The translations under genes and the position numbers were made by a program. A stretch of DNA of 63,794 bases from a virus. Its lineage: Duplodnaviria; Caudoviricetes. The stretch is from positions 1-63,794 of IMG/VR virus record IMGVR_UViG_3300004282_000002. One strand, 5' to 3'. Shown one piece after another: positions 1 to 9,780 of the stretch. The notes under the pieces were generated by a model. That model saw only the letters and a list, made by a program, of their open reading frames with translations. It ran no database searches and was not told where the DNA came from. Every line of letters begins with the position of its first letter. Position 1 is the stretch's first letter.

Positions 1-1578
1 GATACGGATGATATTCAATTTCAGTTAAATGTCGGAATATGGATAACATGGACTCAGTGGCGAGCATTAGGGTTTGATGCACATTCACAGGTTATTGATC
101 CTAATTTTATAGATACAATTAACTTTGCTCCTACTGCACGACTCGACTATGGAACAAGTCTTGGTTCATCATATAATGAAGGATTGGCTGTTGATGCTGT
201 ATGGGGTTCAGGAGATCCGGCTACGGCAACGCAAAATGGAGACTGGCAGGTAGGTGCAACTATTTATGAAACATCACCAACGGCATTCTATGTGGCTACT
301 GATGGAGATAATGATGGTGCAGGAACAATAAGTGATCCCTGGGCAACATTTGGTAAAGCATTCAGTACAGCAGTTGCAGGCGATACTGTTTACTTCAGAG
401 GTGGCACTTATCCAATAGAATCATCTAATGGATTGGGTTATCAATATGATTCAGATAATCATAATGGTACGGCAGGAAATTGGGTGTGTTATTTTAATTA
501 TCCCGGTGAAGTGCCTATATTAGATTGTAATGCGGTTGTAAATACTGGATTTAATGCTGCTATTGTTCTTAATGATGCTGAGTATATTCATTTTAAAGGT
601 ATTCATATTATTAACGTTAATGAAGTAAACGACCCTCCTAATGGTGGTATATGTTATGGTATATATACAGAAAGGAACTTCCATGTTAAGTTTGAAAACA
701 TGGTATTTCATGATATTGGTGGTAAGGCATTAAATCAAGGAACATCATATTATACCGAGGTAATAAATTGCGATGCTTATGATTGCAATGATAAGTACAG
801 TCATGCTCCTGGTGGATGGGCAACAGGATTTTCAAATGAAAATTCAGCATCAGATGATTGTTATACTTATTACTACGGATGCAGGGCATGGAACTGTTCA
901 GATCAGGGATTTAGTACTGGTGGAGATCGTGGCACAGTTATTTATGATCGTTGTTGGGCTTATGATAATGGACTTAATACTGATGGGGAAGGGTTTAATT
1001 TCAAACTCGGATATATGAATATTAACCCATCAGCAAACGATCCTCATGTGATAATGAAAAATTGCATAGGTGCTTATGGAAGATATGGAGGCATGACTAC
1101 AAACGATCAGGGATATTACGGACAGTTTCTCTATGTCTACAATAATTTCTTTTATCACAATGGAAACTATGGAGTATTTGTGCTGAATCCGGCAGATAAT
1201 GACCTAAGAAGAACATTCAGAAATAATATAAGTTATGATAGTCCTGCTGAGTATGTAATTAATCCTTATACGGCAAGCAATAATTCATGGGATTCTGAAG
1301 TAACTGTTACAGCAGATGATTTTGTCAGCTTGGATTATTCACAGATGAAAGCAAGCAGAAAAGCAGATAATTCATTGCCTGATATTACATTTGGAACGTT
1401 AGTAGAGGGTAGTGATCTTATTGATGCAGGATTAGACGTGGAATTAGATTTTAATGGTACTGCACCGGATTTAGGTTGGGATGAGTTTGGTGATGAACCT
1501 CCAGAACCAAGTGTCTTTAAGTTTAAGTTTCATAATAATCACTGGATGATAAGTAAAAGAGGAAAACTATTAAAATGA
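1..1578 (+). CDS. Tail fibre/spike protein with PL9-like right-handed beta-helix (5'-truncated)
   Basis: Frame 1 is open from base 1, so the ORF-track start at 184 is not the real start. Motifs YVATDGDND..GT..PW.T, GDTVYFRGGTY, WNCSDQG and FKLG resemble pectate-lyase family 9. Paralogous to 5201..8095. Confidence 0.75.
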   Translation, partial: DTDDIQFQLNVGIWITWTQWRALGFDAHSQVIDPNFIDTINFAPTARLDYGTSLGSSYNEGLAVDAVWGSGDPATATQNGDWQVGATIYETSPTAFYVATDGDNDGAGTISDPWATFGKAFSTAVAGDTVYFRGGTYPIESSNGLGYQYDSDNHNGTAGNWVCYFNYPGEVPILDCNAVVNTGFNAAIVLNDAEYIHFKGIHIINVNEVNDPPNGGICYGIYTERNFHVKFENMVFHDIGGKALNQGTSYYTEVINCDAYDCNDKYSHAPGGWATGFSNENSASDDCYTYYYGCRAWNCSDQGFSTGGDRGTVIYDRCWAYDNGLNTDGEGFNFKLGYMNINPSANDPHVIMKNCIGAYGRYGGMTTNDQGYYGQFLYVYNNFFYHNGNYGVFVLNPADNDLRRTFRNNISYDSPAEYVINPYTASNNSWDSEVTVTADDFVSLDYSQMKASRKADNSLPDITFGTLVEGSDLIDAGLDVELDFNGTAPDLGWDEFGDEPPEPSVFKFKFHNNHWMISKRGKLLK

Positions 1579-1602
1579 TTAATTATATAATAATATATAT
1601 TT

Positions 1603-2091
1603 ATGGCAATTAACGAAGTAGAGTTATTAACTCAAATATTTGACGAAAGAATAAAAGGTCTTTATATAAAAATGGACTCTGAATTTACTGTCTTAAACCA
1701 TGAGTTGAGACAGATAAAAGAACAAGTGTTAAAGACAAATAATAGAGTTAATCATCTTGAAGATGACCTATGGGCTCTAGAAAAAAAGGCTGATGAGGCT
1801 ATTGCCGATGGTAAACACATAATAGATACAAGGGCTACAGAGTGTCCTAATGTTGTAAAGTTTGAAAAGCTAGATAATAGAATAGATGATACCATTATTC
1901 TATTTACAGAAAAACATAAAGAAATAGATAATGATATGAAGTCATTAAAGGATGAGCTCAGAGATGGTTTATTTTTTATGAGACATCCTAAGTTATTGGT
2001 AGCATCACTTGTAATATTAATAACATTTGTTGTGATAACATTAGTAAAAGATGTCTCACCAACATTATTTGGAATATTAAATAGTAATTAA
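1603..2091 (+). CDS. Coiled-coil protein with C-terminal transmembrane helix
   Basis: Heptad-like N-terminal region and hydrophobic LLVASLVILITFVVITLV near the C-terminus. Confidence 0.6.
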   Translation: MAINEVELLTQIFDERIKGLYIKMDSEFTVLNHELRQIKEQVLKTNNRVNHLEDDLWALEKKADEAIADGKHIIDTRATECPNVVKFEKLDNRIDDTIILFTEKHKEIDNDMKSLKDELRDGLFFMRHPKLLVASLVILITFVVITLVKDVSPTLFGILNSN

Positions 2092-2103
2092 AAATATAAA
2101 AAA

Positions 2104-2616
2104 ATGGCATTTTCTCTCGCATTTACGACTACAGATTATGATCAAGGCAAATCTATATTAATAGAAGATGCCTCAACTGGTACTCCTTGGCCTACATTAA
2201 CAGCAGCTACATTCACAATAACTTCTCTATATACAGGTACGGTACTTCCTGTCAGTCCTGTTGTCAAAACTTATACTCAAACAATAGCGGCTGGGTTTTC
2301 TTTAGAGTTGAAAAATACAGATCTTGGATTTGCCATTGATGATACGATACCTGATAGTGTATACAACATAGTGATGACAGTCACTGGTTCTGCCGATACA
2401 TATACTAGCGAGGAAGTTGTATATTATAATGCTATGTATACTAGGGATAATTTTATATCCACTAAGGCTGCATATATAGATGACGTATATAATAAAGATC
2501 AAGATTATGCAAACTGGCTAGACTTTCTTATTACTGCTATAGAATCAAATGCAGTTAGTGGCAATAGTTCAGCAATTTATTACATTTTTGATATTTTTGG
2601 TCGCCTAAATGAATAA
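2104..2616 (+). CDS. Putative tail hub/collar structural protein
   Basis: Beta-rich N-terminal part with helical C-terminus, located among tail genes, TAATG-coupled to the next gene. Confidence 0.45.
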   Translation: MAFSLAFTTTDYDQGKSILIEDASTGTPWPTLTAATFTITSLYTGTVLPVSPVVKTYTQTIAAGFSLELKNTDLGFAIDDTIPDSVYNIVMTVTGSADTYTSEEVVYYNAMYTRDNFISTKAAYIDDVYNKDQDYANWLDFLITAIESNAVSGNSSAIYYIFDIFGRLNE

Positions 2617-4067
2617 TGGCATTAACTACAGAGGAGATATTAAATTGCGTTGAGTTATTTAATGAATATTCTAACTCAAATGTTCCATTAGTTTATGATA
2701 CTAACACTAAATGGTTGGTAAATGAAGCATATGCTAAGTTCACATATGATAGAGTAAAGAACTTTAGATTAGGTGCTGATGATAATTATACAATAAGACA
2801 AATGTGTTTTATTAAAAATCTCTGGAAATTATTAATGCGATGGCTACTTGATTGGTTAACACCAACGCCAGTAGTTTCCCCATTGTTAGATATTGATGGT
2901 AATGAATATACTACGGTTACTATTGGAACACAGGAATGGATAGTTCAGAACCTAAGAACAACACATTATGCCGATGGTTCTGATATACCTAATATTACAT
3001 CTAATGGATCAGCTACAGATTATGATGATTGGTTTCTTCCTAGTAAGGATGAATTAAAAGAAATGCATGATGAACTTCATGCTTATTCCGTTGGTGATTT
3101 TGGGAATAGTGCTTATTGGAGTTCTTCGGAAAATGATGCAACAACGGTTTGGTGTCATCATTTTGGAACTAATATGCAATTTAATGATTATACAAAACCA
3201 GATCCATTATCAGTTCGTGCTTGTCGTTTTTTTACATCTATATCTCCTTCTTATTCATTAAGAGATGTAGGACCAGCAGGAGGATTAATATTTTATAAAA
3301 ATGGTAATGATTATTTAGAAACAGCGCCCACTGATACAGGCATTAATCAGGCATGGAGTAATGTAGATGATGTTGCTGTAACAGGAACAGGAACAACAAT
3401 AGGGACAGGACAAGATAATACTACTGCGATAATTGGGCAAGTTGGTCATACTGCAAGTGCAGCAAAGTCATGTAATGATTACACAATTATTGTTGGAGAT
3501 GGATGGGCTGGTGATACCATTGGTGCATATTGTTGGTACAATAATGATGAAGTAGGTTACGGATCAGTACATGGTGCTCTTTATAATTGGTATGCAATAG
3601 ATAATGCAAAGGATCTTGTTTATTTTGAAAGAGATAATATAGAAGAGTTAGGATGGAGGGTGCCTAGCGAAGTAGACTTTAATTTATTGGTATCATTTAT
3701 TAATGGTGGTTCATTAACTGGTGGTATATTAAAAGAAACTGGAATAACACATTGGGCAAATCCCAATACTGGTGCATTGGATTCTTATGGATTTAAAGCT
3801 CTTGGGTCTGGATATAGAGATGCTAGTGGGAACTTTTTATCAATAAACCAAACACTTATTCTTGGGAGTTCATATTTATTCTCACCTGGATTTAATTATG
3901 ATATAATATTACATTATGATTCTAGTTCATTAGGAAGTGGATATGAAAATACTTCTTATGGATTATCTGTACGTTGCGTTAGAGATATAGCAATCTCTTC
4001 TCAAGTAACAGTTGATGATACATCAGTATTAAGTGATAGTACAATAATAACAGTAGATAATGGCTAA
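2616..4067 (+). CDS. FISUMP (Fib_succ_major)-domain tail-associated protein with inserted DUF1566/Lcl-like domain
   Basis: DIDGNEYTTVTIGTQEW..NLR, GALYNWYA, GWRVPS and G.SVRCVRD are FISUMP motifs. DWFLPSKDEL, YWSSSE and GPAGG.IFY are DUF1566-like motifs. Confidence 0.75.
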   Translation: MALTTEEILNCVELFNEYSNSNVPLVYDTNTKWLVNEAYAKFTYDRVKNFRLGADDNYTIRQMCFIKNLWKLLMRWLLDWLTPTPVVSPLLDIDGNEYTTVTIGTQEWIVQNLRTTHYADGSDIPNITSNGSATDYDDWFLPSKDELKEMHDELHAYSVGDFGNSAYWSSSENDATTVWCHHFGTNMQFNDYTKPDPLSVRACRFFTSISPSYSLRDVGPAGGLIFYKNGNDYLETAPTDTGINQAWSNVDDVAVTGTGTTIGTGQDNTTAIIGQVGHTASAAKSCNDYTIIVGDGWAGDTIGAYCWYNNDEVGYGSVHGALYNWYAIDNAKDLVYFERDNIEELGWRVPSEVDFNLLVSFINGGSLTGGILKETGITHWANPNTGALDSYGFKALGSGYRDASGNFLSINQTLILGSSYLFSPGFNYDIILHYDSSSLGSGYENTSYGLSVRCVRDIAISSQVTVDDTSVLSDSTIITVDNG

Positions 4068-5199
4068 GCAAATAATTAATATAGGTACAGCTCCTAATGC
4101 TGGTAATGGTGATCCATTACGTTCAGCAATGGATATTGCCAATGATAACTTTACAGAACTCTATGATGCTGAAGCATTAAATACTGCTAAAGTAACAAAT
4201 GCTACACATAGTGGCGATGCAACTGGTAGCACATCATTAACACTTGCTACTGTAAATGCCAATGTTGGTAGTTTTACAAATGCGAATATAACAGTTAATG
4301 CCAAAGGATTAGTTACGTCTGCTTCTAGTGGTGTAGGTGGCGGTGGTGATATGGTATATCCTGGAGCTGGCATAGCGTTATCAAGTGGTTCGGCATGGGG
4401 TACTTCTATAACAAATAACTCCACAAACTGGGATACTGCATATAGTTGGGGCAATCATGCTAGTTCAGGATATTTAGTTAGTGCTACACACCTAGCTGCA
4501 TATAATCATGGGAATATTGCTAATGGACAAACGGCTTATGGTTGGGGTAATCACGCAAGCGCTGGATATCTTACATCCCAGACATCACATGCGGATGTTG
4601 TTGTTGATGGAGATTTCACTAGTAATGGTATTCTTAAAAGAACGTCTTCTGGTGTATATGGTATAGTTACTGATAATTCAACAAATTGGAACACAGCTTA
4701 TGGATGGGGTAATCATGCAGGGTTATATCTTGGATTAACAGCTACTGCCGCAAGTGCAACTATATTAGCTACAACTAGAACTATTAATGGTGTTTCTTTT
4801 AATGGTAGTGCTAATATAACTGTACCTAGTGATATAGCCCCAGGGGCGGCTGGAAATATATTAACATCAACAGGTTCTGTATGGGTAAGTGCTATAAATG
4901 GTGGTACTGTTACATTAACAGGAACTCAAACATTAACTAATAAAACATTAACATTACCAAAAATAAATGAAGATATTGTAGTATCAACCACTTCTACTGA
5001 ATTAAATGTATTGCATAATCTAGATCCTAATTTAATATATATAGGTGACGCTATTGCTGAAATACCAGTATATAATGCTACTACAACAGAGATAACCAAT
5101 ACTGCTACTCCCGTTGAGGGATTGATGAGATTTGATACAACATTACATGTGATGAAATTCTGGGATGGATCGGTTTGGAAAACAATAACAACTAACTAA
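4060..5199 (+). CDS. Tail fibre protein
   Basis: N-terminus MAKQ.INIG..PN.G.GDPLR.A....N.NF.ELY resembles the T4 gp9/gp10-type attachment motif. Contains TAY.WGNH repeats, RTINGVSFNGSANIT and TQTLTNKT fibre motifs. Confidence 0.75.
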   Translation: MAKQIINIGTAPNAGNGDPLRSAMDIANDNFTELYDAEALNTAKVTNATHSGDATGSTSLTLATVNANVGSFTNANITVNAKGLVTSASSGVGGGGDMVYPGAGIALSSGSAWGTSITNNSTNWDTAYSWGNHASSGYLVSATHLAAYNHGNIANGQTAYGWGNHASAGYLTSQTSHADVVVDGDFTSNGILKRTSSGVYGIVTDNSTNWNTAYGWGNHAGLYLGLTATAASATILATTRTINGVSFNGSANITVPSDIAPGAAGNILTSTGSVWVSAINGGTVTLTGTQTLTNKTLTLPKINEDIVVSTTSTELNVLHNLDPNLIYIGDAIAEIPVYNATTTEITNTATPVEGLMRFDTTLHVMKFWDGSVWKTITTN

Positions 5200-5200
5200 T

Positions 5201-8095
5201 ATGGCAACTAAATATGTATCACTTACTGGTAGTGACTCTAATCCTGGAACAATAACACAACCTTGGAAGACATGGCATTATGCTATGCAACCAGGTAGAG
5301 GTGATTCTCTAGCTCCAGGTGATACTTTGTTTGTTAGAGGTGGAACCTATGGATCAGATTATCTATATGGACATTCTGGAAGTAGTTATTATGGTGTTCG
5401 CGTTAGTGGTTTAAATGGAACTTCAAGTCAGCATATCATTATCTCCGCTTATCCTGGTGAAACACCAATACTTGATGGACAGAGTTTTCAAACTACCGAT
5501 CATCAACATGTTGGAATAGGATATTATTCTTGTAGTTATATAGATTTTATTGGATTACATTGTACTAATTTCATACAGTGGTCTGATAACGCATATCAGT
5601 CTCTTGGATGGTATGGTAGTGCGTGTAACCAAATAACTCATACATTATGCACTAACTATCGTAATGGTGATGGATTTGCACTTAAAGATGGATCAAATAA
5701 TATATGGTATACAAACTGTGATTCATGGGGTAATGGTGATAGGTATAATGGTGGTGGCGATACTCCAGGTGGATTGGCTAATGGATTTTATGCTGCACCA
5801 GTAGAGGGAGGACATATTTATTATAGAGGATGCAGGTCATATTGGAACTCTGATGATGGATGGGATCATTTTGGAGGTGCTGGATATATTGAGTATGATA
5901 ACTGTTGGGCATTTGGAAATGGTGTATGTCCTGCGGGAGATTTGCTACCAGAGATAACTGGTGATGGTGCTGGGTTTAAACTTGGTCCACAAGGACCCGA
6001 TTCTCCTATAGAAGATGATTACCAAAGGATATTAAAAAATTGTTTAGCGTTTGAAAATACAGAATGTGGTTTTGATATAAATACTGATGATACGAATACT
6101 AGGGTGCGCATAACTTTACTTAATTGCACATCTGCTAGCAATGGAGTTGAGGGATATCAATTCTACTGGGATGATTCATTGGGATTAGTCAAGAACTGTA
6201 TAAGTTATGATGAGCCATCTAGTATTGGCGACCTTACACATGGAGGTACTGTTCAGTCGCGCAATAGCTGGAATACTCCTCCTAATGCTACAGTCACATC
6301 TGCCGACTTCAAGAGTGTTGATTCGACTCAGGCTCTTAGAACTAGAAACTCAGGAGATGGTAGTTTGCCATTAATGGATTATCTTCATTTATCAGCAACT
6401 GCGACTGATTTGATCCATGTTGGTCTACAGGTTACTGCGTTTGATAACGTAACTGCATTAACTGAAGATGGAGATGGTGTTGCATATGCTAATCCACCGT
6501 CTATTGGAGCTTTTGAATACGTTGTTAGTGGTACATCATTACCATCTGTTACAACGACAGCAGTTACTAGTATTACTAATACCACTGCCTCTACTGGTGG
6601 TAATGTTACAAGTGATGGTGGTGCTACTGTTACTGCTCGTGGTGTATGTTATGCTACATCATATAATCCAACACTTTCTAATTCATACACAACTAATGGC
6701 ACTGGTATAGGATCATTTACATCATCCTTATCTGGATTAACACTTGGTACTACATATCATGTTAGAGCCTATGCTACAAATAGTATTGGTACTTCATATG
6801 GATCTGATGTACAGTTTACTACTACCGGTGGATCTGGTACTGTTCTAAATGTAACAGGTCAAACATATCTAAGTACTGATCCTGACGAGTCATCGTTATA
6901 TACAGCCGCTCACTCAGTTGCAACAACATTTAGTTTTACAAATAACTCTTTAACGTCAAATAATATAGCTGGATATCTGTTAGAGGCTGGCGATGAAGAT
7001 ATTGCTTCTACTAATAACTATCTAGATGGAGCCTTAATATCTGGGAATAAGTTTACTTGGACTGGCATACAAGATGGTAATATAATAACTCATGGTTTAT
7101 TTATTGGATATATGAAGAACGATATTATCCAATATAACTATATGAATAATTTACCATTTGCAATTGTTACTAAATCAGGAACTGCTGCTGGAGTTAATAT
7201 GATTAATACTACTGGTGTTATAGCATATAATGTTATAAAGAACTCACTAGTAGGTATAAGGATAAAAGGAATAAATGGGACATTGATTTATAATAATACC
7301 TTTTATGATAATCTTAGTAATAATGATAATTTTATTTATATATCACCTAATACAGATAAAGCTGTTCCAGCTAATTCAACTGGTACTGTTATAAAGAATA
7401 ATATCTTTTATACAACCAATGGTAATGGCATATTATATTTTGAGGAAGCTGGCGATTTATCTGGGTTGGTATGTGATTATAATATATATTATTCCGAGAC
7501 AGGTAATGTTTATTTTTGGAATGGGAGTAGTTGGTTGAATTTTACCCAATGGCAAGCGCTAGGATACGACTCTCATTCATATGTACAGAATCCAAATTTT
7601 ATTAATAATACTAGTTTAGTTCCTGCTGCTAGAATAGATAGAGGTACTAATCTTGGTACGTCTTATAATAGTGGCTTAGCTACGAATAATACCTGGACTG
7701 TAGCTGTATCTCCAATCACTGCGTTACAGAATGGTACATGGCAAGTAGGAGCTTATGTCTATGGAGCATCTGGTACTGTAGTAGTTCCTACGATAACAAC
7801 ATCATCTGTTACAAATCTTACTTCTACATCTGCAACTTGTGGTGGGACAATAACATCGGATGGAGGTGGAGCAATAACTAGTAAGGGAATATGTTATAGT
7901 ACTTCTCCCAATCCAACTATATTGGATACTACTATAGATGGAGGAACTGGATCTGGTACATTTTCCGTATCACTAACTGGTCTTACAAAGAATAACACAT
8001 ATTATGCTAGAGCATATGCAGTAAACTCTGCTGGTATTAGTTATGGCTCTGATGTATCATTTACTACTAGAGCATATAAGATTGTTGTATTTTAA
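5201..8095 (+). CDS. Tail spike/depolymerase: PL9-like beta-helix, FN3-like domain, second beta-helix, FN3-like domain
   Basis: YVS..GSDSNPGT..PW.T, WNSDDGWD and GDGAGFKLG are PL9-like. Two copies of P.VTT...T.T.A..GG..TSDGG.....G.CY.TS.NPT...YARAYA.NS.G.SYG.DV.FTT. Confidence 0.8.
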   Translation: MATKYVSLTGSDSNPGTITQPWKTWHYAMQPGRGDSLAPGDTLFVRGGTYGSDYLYGHSGSSYYGVRVSGLNGTSSQHIIISAYPGETPILDGQSFQTTDHQHVGIGYYSCSYIDFIGLHCTNFIQWSDNAYQSLGWYGSACNQITHTLCTNYRNGDGFALKDGSNNIWYTNCDSWGNGDRYNGGGDTPGGLANGFYAAPVEGGHIYYRGCRSYWNSDDGWDHFGGAGYIEYDNCWAFGNGVCPAGDLLPEITGDGAGFKLGPQGPDSPIEDDYQRILKNCLAFENTECGFDINTDDTNTRVRITLLNCTSASNGVEGYQFYWDDSLGLVKNCISYDEPSSIGDLTHGGTVQSRNSWNTPPNATVTSADFKSVDSTQALRTRNSGDGSLPLMDYLHLSATATDLIHVGLQVTAFDNVTALTEDGDGVAYANPPSIGAFEYVVSGTSLPSVTTTAVTSITNTTASTGGNVTSDGGATVTARGVCYATSYNPTLSNSYTTNGTGIGSFTSSLSGLTLGTTYHVRAYATNSIGTSYGSDVQFTTTGGSGTVLNVTGQTYLSTDPDESSLYTAAHSVATTFSFTNNSLTSNNIAGYLLEAGDEDIASTNNYLDGALISGNKFTWTGIQDGNIITHGLFIGYMKNDIIQYNYMNNLPFAIVTKSGTAAGVNMINTTGVIAYNVIKNSLVGIRIKGINGTLIYNNTFYDNLSNNDNFIYISPNTDKAVPANSTGTVIKNNIFYTTNGNGILYFEEAGDLSGLVCDYNIYYSETGNVYFWNGSSWLNFTQWQALGYDSHSYVQNPNFINNTSLVPAARIDRGTNLGTSYNSGLATNNTWTVAVSPITALQNGTWQVGAYVYGASGTVVVPTITTSSVTNLTSTSATCGGTITSDGGGAITSKGICYSTSPNPTILDTTIDGGTGSGTFSVSLTGLTKNNTYYARAYAVNSAGISYGSDVSFTTRAYKIVVF

Positions 8096-8105
8096 TCAAA
8101 GACAC

Positions 8106-8363
8106 ATGACATACACTACTTTAAAGTCAATAATAAACGAAGCATATTCTGAGTTCTCTAGTGACTATATTACTAATGAGATACTTGGTGCTAATAATAA
8201 CTATAGCACTAGGAGGATATGTTTTGTAAAAGCTATATGGAAAACACTTCTTAACCAAAGTGGAGATGAGTCACTTGATTTATTAACTAAGGTTAATATA
8301 CAAGAGTGTATTCGTCTATTCAATAAGTTCTCTAATTCTAAAATACAAATTGAATACGTATAA
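8106..8363 (+). CDS. Small helical structural protein (tail hub-like)
   Basis: Start reassigned to ATG 8106 (MTYTTLK) to avoid overlap with the upstream gene. Homologous in permuted order to the N-terminus of 2616..4067. Confidence 0.55.
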   Translation: MTYTTLKSIINEAYSEFSSDYITNEILGANNNYSTRRICFVKAIWKTLLNQSGDESLDLLTKVNIQECIRLFNKFSNSKIQIEYV

Positions 8364-9142
8364 TGAATTTATCAGGAAATAGAAGCGATTCAACAAGGGC
8401 ATTAGTTTCTCCTACAACTATTAGTACGTCATCAATGTCATTGTCTGGCACTAATGAATTGCCAATAGCATATGCATCAGAAACTGATCCAATATTCTCT
8501 GCTTGGAATAGGTCTACTGGTATTATTATAACTGAGGCGCAGATACAACCAGGAATAGCATTTCCGGTTACGTTAACAGGAATACAGACTCTTACTAATA
8601 AAACAATAACTAGTCCATTGGGATTAGTGAAAGCCGATGTTGGACTTTCTTTAGTTGATAACACTGCAGATCTTAGTAAACCGCTTAGTATAGCAATGTC
8701 TGTTGCGTTAGCATTAAAAGAAGACTTATCTAATAAGAGTTTGAATATAGTTACTGATGCTTTATCAGATACCAAATATCCATCAGTAAAGGCTACAAAA
8801 ACATACGTAGATAGTAAGATTGTTGGAATATTCGCTCACAATGATACTACTGCTAAACAGGGTGGTAGTGCTGGAGAATATTTCCACTTAACAACTGCAC
8901 AACATACTATTGCAACACAAACAGCTACTGCCGCTAGAGCTGGATATCTTAGCGCTGCAGATTTTATAGCATTTTCCGCCGCTGGAACTGGGGTTGCAAC
9001 ATCATTAGTTACAACTAATTTCAGTATAGTGGAATCAGGTGGTAAGTTACTAATTAAATATGGAGGCACAACTATAGCTTCATTTTCTAGTGCAGGTTAT
9101 TTTAAGGCTAAGGATGAAATAAGTGCTTTCACTACACCGTAA
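8363..9142 (+). CDS. Tail fibre protein
   Basis: ETDP.F..W, TQTLTNKT, K.DVGL..VDNT.D..KP.S and KYPSVKA.K.YVD fibre motifs. C-terminal module shared with 9146..9769. Confidence 0.7.
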   Translation: MNLSGNRSDSTRALVSPTTISTSSMSLSGTNELPIAYASETDPIFSAWNRSTGIIITEAQIQPGIAFPVTLTGIQTLTNKTITSPLGLVKADVGLSLVDNTADLSKPLSIAMSVALALKEDLSNKSLNIVTDALSDTKYPSVKATKTYVDSKIVGIFAHNDTTAKQGGSAGEYFHLTTAQHTIATQTATAARAGYLSAADFIAFSAAGTGVATSLVTTNFSIVESGGKLLIKYGGTTIASFSSAGYFKAKDEISAFTTP

Positions 9143-9145
9143 AAA

Positions 9146-9769
9146 ATGAATTCTTTAGATAGACAGAGGGAATTACAAAGTACTAAGGAAGCCAATAATA
9201 AGGCTAGGATTGAATCTGATGCTAAATTTATTAAGGTTCCTACTAGATCATCGCAAGTTTTATCTAAGGAGGTTATAATTGGGAATAGTGAGGTATTGGC
9301 TAATGCGATGACAATGGCTTATCCAGCTGCTGGTATCTCTATATCCACTGGAACTAGTTGGGGGACATCTATTACTGATAATTCTACTAACTGGAATACC
9401 GCATATTCTTGGGGAAATCATTCAATGATTGGATATTGGAGTGGCACTAGCCATCCAACTACAGTGTTAGGATATGGAATAACAGATGGGATATCATTAG
9501 TCGGTACTCCTTCTAATAATCAAATAGCTGTATGGACAGGCGCAAATACCATTGAAGGAACTTCGGGCTTAACTTATGATGGTAGTATTTTGTCCGTAAG
9601 TGGTACGGTTACCTCCGATGCCTTTAAAACAAGTAGTGCAACTGCTTTTACTATAGAACAGAGTGGAACAAAATTAATTATTAAATACGGAAATACAACG
9701 GTACTTAGTATTTCTTCAGCAGGATTACTTACAGCTTTAGATGAAGTTACTGCATTTGGAACACCTTAA
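9146..9769 (+). CDS. Tail fibre protein
   Basis: WGTSITDNSTNWNTAYSWGNH module shared with 4060..5199, PTT..GYGITD motif, C-terminal module shared with 8363..9142. Confidence 0.7.
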   Translation: MNSLDRQRELQSTKEANNKARIESDAKFIKVPTRSSQVLSKEVIIGNSEVLANAMTMAYPAAGISISTGTSWGTSITDNSTNWNTAYSWGNHSMIGYWSGTSHPTTVLGYGITDGISLVGTPSNNQIAVWTGANTIEGTSGLTYDGSILSVSGTVTSDAFKTSSATAFTIEQSGTKLIIKYGNTTVLSISSAGLLTALDEVTAFGTP

Positions 9770-9780
9770 GAAATATAAAT

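Noticed and set aside
2616-4067. Diversity-generating retroelement acting on the lectin-fold domains
   Set aside because: No reverse transcriptase and no adenine-variant template/variable repeat pair noticed in this window.
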